Shown piece by piece: positions 16,421 to 20,000 of a stretch of DNA of 20,000 nt (the first letter of the stretch is position 1; each line of letters starts with the position of its first letter). Below the pieces are notes generated by a model. It worked only from the letters and a program-made list of their open reading frames with translations, did not search any database and was not told the DNA's origin. This stretch comes from an uncultured virus (IMG/VR IMGVR_UViG_3300006217_003352) (Duplodnaviria > Heunggongvirae > Uroviricota > Caudoviricetes). The stretch is taken from the IMG/VR virus record IMGVR_UViG_3300006217_003352. One strand, given 5' to 3'. The position numbers were made by a program, and so were the translations under genes.

Positions 16421-16920
16421 AAGCCTTCTATCGCCGCCTTCGTTTTCGTACACAGCAATTTCAGCCCGCTTACCGACTCGACAAGCCTATCGAGATATTT
16501 CAGGATTTCGTCAATCGAATGTACATTCTGCGTAGAAATGCCTTCCGTTGCCGCAATGTTTATCAACTGTCTTTTAACTTCCGATAATTTCCCGTCTTCA
16601 AGATTGTTCAGCAATCGCAGAACCACCGTTTCAAGGCTGGGGATTTCAGTCGCAAGCGTCAGGCAATCTCCTATCGGACAATCGTGCTTGCAATACATCG
16701 TTTTTAATTGCGGTGCATTATACAGGTCTGCCATCAAATTGACTTTATCGACGGGGACAACTTTCGTATTTCCTAACTCATAATCCGCAAGCGATGAAGG
16801 ACTTACGCCGAGCAGGTCTGCGGCGCTTTCGCGGCTCCGTAGTCTCTCGTCGTATAAAGCGGCTTCTTTTCTACACTTGAAGTAGATGTTTTCGTTAGGT
16901 TTCGTAGAGTCGTTTCCCAT
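16417..16920 (-). CDS. XRE-family HTH regulator (CII-position)
   Basis: SRESAADLLGVSPSSLADYELG HTH, YCKHDCPIG motif; directly downstream of cro. Confidence 0.8.
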   Translation of the reverse strand: MGNDSTKPNENIYFKCRKEAALYDERLRSRESAADLLGVSPSSLADYELGNTKVVPVDKVNLMADLYNAPQLKTMYCKHDCPIGDCLTLATEIPSLETVVLRLLNNLEDGKLSEVKRQLINIAATEGISTQNVHSIDEILKYLDRLVESVSGLKLLCTKTKAAIEGL

Positions 16921-16948
16921 TGTGAATTTACCCCGTTTGCGATATAAT
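16920..16948 (+). promoter_or_regulatory. Candidate PRE-like promoter, antisense to cro and pointing to cI
   Basis: TTGTGA (16920-16925), 17 nt, TATAAT (16943-16948). Confidence 0.5.
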
Positions 16949-16971
16949 GTAATTGTTAAAAGCGAAGGCAG

Positions 16972-17196
16972 TTAAAAATTACAGAACTGTAATTCAGAGT
17001 TAAAAAAAATATCGTTGAACTCACTAAACGTAAGGTTTAGCGTCCGCGATACTCTAACCATCTCTGCCGGCGTGAAGTAAACTTCGCCCCTTTCTTTCTT
17101 CGCATAGGTGTCAATAGACTTCTCTATCAATGATGCCATATCGGTTTGCGTTTTGCCGTTCTTAACTCTTACCGATTTTAACAAATTCGTATTCAT
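16972..17196 (-). CDS. Cro-like HTH repressor
   Basis: LLKSVRVKNGKTQTDMASLI...YAKKERG XRE HTH; divergent from cI. ATG 17196 (GGAG RBS) is preferred because ATG 17229 abuts the -10 box. Confidence 0.82.
   Translation of the reverse strand: MNTNLLKSVRVKNGKTQTDMASLIEKSIDTYAKKERGEVYFTPAEMVRVSRTLNLTFSEFNDIFFNSELQFCNF
16977..16994. promoter_or_regulatory. Operator palindrome AATTACAG-AA-CTGTAATT
   Basis: Perfect 8-bp inverted repeat with a 2-nt spacer, inside the 3' end of cro; a near-identical copy lies at 17236-17253. Confidence 0.75.
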
Positions 17197-17229
17197 AGCG
17201 TACTCCGATGAATTTTTGTTTGTACTCAT

Positions 17230-17258
17230 ATTCTAACTTACAGAACTGTAATTGTCAA
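17230..17258 (-). promoter_or_regulatory. Early lytic promoter with the operator filling its spacer
   Basis: TTGACA (17258-17253), 17 nt, TAGAAT (17235-17230); operator ACTTACAGAACTGTAATT at 17236-17253. Confidence 0.82.
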
Positions 17259-17369
17259 ACGGATTTACGGTGTAAAATTATAATTTTTAAGAAAAAAATC
17301 AATATGACTGTAATTTGCTATCTTATTCGGTCAAAAAATATTAAAATGGTAATTATGGAGGTCAAAACA

Positions 17370-17726
17370 ATGGATAACTTCTCAAACAGACTTTTGGCAG
17401 CAATCGAATATCGCGGTGTTTCCCAGAAGTGGCTTGCAGACAATGCGAACACTACTGAAGCCACCATATCCCGATATGTTAACAACAAGGCATCCCCTTC
17501 AATATTGATTGTCCTTCGAGACGTTGCATCTGCTCTCAAAGTGTCGTCTGATTACCTTATCGGGTTGACAAACTTACCGCAGAGCAAAGACAATATAAGC
17601 ATCGAAGAAAAAACAATCATAGATGTTTGGAACAGGGTTTCTGCTGATGATAAAAAAGTATTCTTTGCTTTGCTTGACAAGTATCTTACGCAGAAAGAAA
17701 AAGACGCATTGCGCGACGGAGACTAA
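17370..17726 (+). CDS. CI-like XRE repressor
   Basis: FSNRL...SQKWLADNANTTEATISRYVNN...VSSDYLIG; ATG 17370 with GGAGG RBS; divergent from cro. Confidence 0.88.
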   Translation: MDNFSNRLLAAIEYRGVSQKWLADNANTTEATISRYVNNKASPSILIVLRDVASALKVSSDYLIGLTNLPQSKDNISIEEKTIIDVWNRVSADDKKVFFALLDKYLTQKEKDALRDGD

Positions 17727-17728
17727 CT

Positions 17729-18292
17729 ATGAACAGATTATATACGGGCAACGAACATTTTACTTATGACGATATGCCAGTCAACCGTCTTCTTTCCGAT
17801 TTTCTTATGTGGGTATCGTCTGACCTAACGAACAGCGTAACGCGCAGCATACTTGCGGAATATATCGTTTCAAGCGCTCTTGATCTTGACGTAACTTTAC
17901 GCCAGTCGAAAGAACCTTACCGCATACCGTATAATGGCAACGTAGTTGAAGTTAAATCGTCTGCTTACATTCAGTCATTACAAAGCGACATTCTTTCGTC
18001 TCCTGTTTTTGGTATTGCTCCAACCTATGTTTTTGACGATAATGAAATCGTGAAGCGCGAACGCAAATCGAAATTATATGTCTTCTGCCTACTCGATTGT
18101 CTTAACCGCGAAATGATTGATCCATTGCATCTCGAACAGTGGAAATTCTACGTTCTTCCTACTTCTATACTGAACGAACAATGTGGCGAACAGAAAACTC
18201 TGACACTCAATGCCCTGAAAGCACTCAACCCGACAGAAGCAACATACGAAACGCTTAAAAGCGTGATAGACAATTATGCAGAAAGAATCTAA
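17729..18292 (+). CDS. PD-(D/E)XK-like protein (copy B, paralog of 6548..7156, motif II Asp absent)
   Basis: Collinear similarity with copy A along the full length (TGNEH, MPxNRLLSDF, SSDL, ALDLD, EVKxSAYxQS, YVFC, PLxLxxWxFYVL); YRI replaces YDL. Confidence 0.75.
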   Translation: MNRLYTGNEHFTYDDMPVNRLLSDFLMWVSSDLTNSVTRSILAEYIVSSALDLDVTLRQSKEPYRIPYNGNVVEVKSSAYIQSLQSDILSSPVFGIAPTYVFDDNEIVKRERKSKLYVFCLLDCLNREMIDPLHLEQWKFYVLPTSILNEQCGEQKTLTLNALKALNPTEATYETLKSVIDNYAERI

Positions 18293-20000
18293 ACTTAACA
18301 AGAAGGCTGCCCTTTATGTACGCGTATCTACCAATATGCAAATCGACAAGGACAGCCTTCCTTTACAAAAAAACGACCTTGCTAACTATGCAAAGTACGC
18401 TCTTGATATTTCGGAATACGAAATCTTTGAAGACGCAGGCTATTCCGCAAAAAATACTGACAGACCGCGCTATCAACAGATGATGTCACGATTGCGAACT
18501 GGCGAATTTTCTCATCTCATCGTGTGGAAGATTGACCGCATTTCCCGTAACCTGCTTGACTTCGCCGCAATGTATGAAGAACTAAAACGTCTCGGTGTAG
18601 TTTTCGTAAGCAAAAATGAACAGTTCGATACATCAACTGCAATAGGCGAAGCAATGCTGAAAATCATTCTTATATTTGCCGAACTTGAACGTAAGATGAC
18701 ATCGGAGCGAGTTACTGCAGTTATGGTTTCTCGCGCAAATAACGGTCAATGGAACGGCGGACGTGTCCCCTTCGGCTATGCCTATGACAAGGTTACTAAA
18801 ATCTTTTCCGTAAATGAAACGGAAGCCGCGACTGTTCGTGCAATCTATGACAAATACGAAGAAACCCATTCTCTTCTGCAGACGTGCAAGTTTCTGAATG
18901 AAAACGGACTTTCCACACGTAGCGGAATAGCGTGGAATCCAACAACAGCAAGAACTATGCTCTCTAATCCGTTCTATATAGGAAACTATCTCTACAACAA
19001 ACACGATTTGAGCAAAACAAACTATCGCCTGAAAACCAACCGCCGCCCCGAATCGGAGTGGATTCTGGTTGAAGACCACCACGTTCCTATCGTTGACCGC
19101 GAACGCTGGGAGTCCGTAAACGACCAACTAAAAGCAAATCGCCGCAGCAACAAGGACGGCCCGCGTACATACACGAGAGTAAACACTCACATCTTCGCAG
19201 GCATTCTTATCTGCGGTAAATGCGGTTCGCAAATGTGCGCAACTATTGACCGTGAACGCGATGGCGGCTATCGCCCTTCTATTTATCTATGCTCGCGCCA
19301 CCGCCGCTTTAACGATTGCCCTAACAAATACATTTCCGACATCGTGGTAGGACCGTTCATTCTAAACTACGTGGCAAACATCATAAAAGCGCAAAATAAT
19401 TTCGGCGCAACAACAAGCCTTGAAACTTTTGAGAAAAAACTTCTTCGCGGCGATGTGTTCTCTGGCGTGAAAGGCATAGACAAAGCGGGTCTGCAGGAAA
19501 TGTATGATATGCTCCGCGCCGGCAAATTCGGCACAGATATATACGAGCCTAAAAACGTAACTATTGACGACACCGCCATAAATGAGCGCGATCTATTGCT
19601 TACAGAGAAACGAAAAAAAGAACGTGCGCTTGCACGTCTCAAAACTTTGTATCTTTACAGCGAAAGCGATATGCCCGAAACGGAATACTTCATTGAACGC
19701 AAAGCCATTACTGACGAACTCGAACAAATAGACGCTCGGCTTGATGAGATAGAAAAAAACGCTTCCGCTTCATTCTCTATCTCTGACGAGGACTTTATCG
19801 CAAAAGCGTCTTACTTTATAATGAGCCAACAACTACTTACAAAGCGGTATGTGAACTTTGATACTATGATACGGAAAATCGACACGAAAATCATCAAGGA
19901 TTTCGTCAATTCAGTCATTAAAAAAATTGTAATTCTGGATGGCAAAATTCTTTCTATCCGTTTCAAAAACGGCATTGAACACAAATTTCTGTACGAATAA
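18276..20000 (+). CDS. Large serine recombinase (integrase)
   Basis: ALYVRVST catalytic Ser, DAGYSAKNTDRP, KIDRISRN, recombinase domain (PFGY, LSNPFYIG), Zn ribbon CGKCG...YLC...C, coiled coil; complete, with TAA at 19998-20000. Confidence 0.95.
   Translation: MQKESKLNKKAALYVRVSTNMQIDKDSLPLQKNDLANYAKYALDISEYEIFEDAGYSAKNTDRPRYQQMMSRLRTGEFSHLIVWKIDRISRNLLDFAAMYEELKRLGVVFVSKNEQFDTSTAIGEAMLKIILIFAELERKMTSERVTAVMVSRANNGQWNGGRVPFGYAYDKVTKIFSVNETEAATVRAIYDKYEETHSLLQTCKFLNENGLSTRSGIAWNPTTARTMLSNPFYIGNYLYNKHDLSKTNYRLKTNRRPESEWILVEDHHVPIVDRERWESVNDQLKANRRSNKDGPRTYTRVNTHIFAGILICGKCGSQMCATIDRERDGGYRPSIYLCSRHRRFNDCPNKYISDIVVGPFILNYVANIIKAQNNFGATTSLETFEKKLLRGDVFSGVKGIDKAGLQEMYDMLRAGKFGTDIYEPKNVTIDDTAINERDLLLTEKRKKERALARLKTLYLYSESDMPETEYFIERKAITDELEQIDARLDEIEKNASASFSISDEDFIAKASYFIMSQQLLTKRYVNFDTMIRKIDTKIIKDFVNSVIKKIVILDGKILSIRFKNGIEHKFLYE

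Larger units (their letters stand above)
1..20000. mobile_element. Temperate phage/prophage (integration, immunity, replication, accessory and packaging modules)
   Basis: Canonical siphovirus-like module order from integrase to portal; no host housekeeping genes in the window. Confidence 0.95.

Noticed and set aside
372..16783. Numerous antisense or alternate-frame ORFs in the track (e.g. 2276..2878, 4813..5280, 8153..8605, 13209..13757, 15763..16206)
   Set aside because: They are shadows of well-supported genes, with no motifs or RBS.
19990..20000. att site next to the integrase
   Set aside because: The window ends exactly at the integrase stop codon, so no flanking sequence is available.

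Overview
The window is the left arm of a temperate tailed-phage genome or prophage, probably from a Bacillota/Clostridia host (inferred from gene families and Shine-Dalgarno style). Reading right to left, it contains these modules. (1) Lysogeny module (+): CI-like repressor, a PD-(D/E)XK-like protein and a large serine integrase ending exactly at base 20000. (2) A genetic switch with clear palindromic operators and sigma70-type promoters. (3) A long - strand early/replication operon: Cro, XRE regulator, exonuclease, RecT/Bet, replication initiator, DnaC-like loader, RusA, HNH-like protein, SSB, Lar, a compact SAM synthetase and an ArpU/RinA-like late activator. (4) An accessory block: small ORF, DUF488-like protein, tRNA-Lys(CUU) and an antisense nuclease 'moron'. 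(5) The start of the packaging operon: a Dam-like methyltransferase/GNAT-like fusion, a ParB-like protein, TerS, TerL and a portal with a C-terminal Nudix hydrolase. The most notable items are (i) a pair of paralogous PD-(D/E)XK proteins, one catalytically intact and one lacking the motif II Asp, (ii) a candidate DNA-modification module coupled to the terminase, with a phage SAM synthetase nearby, (iii) the portal-Nudix fusion, (iv) an atypical tRNA-Lys starting at the base after a stop codon, and (v) a 142-codon gene broken by a single in-frame TGA. All family calls come from motif recognition by eye; no searches were run.
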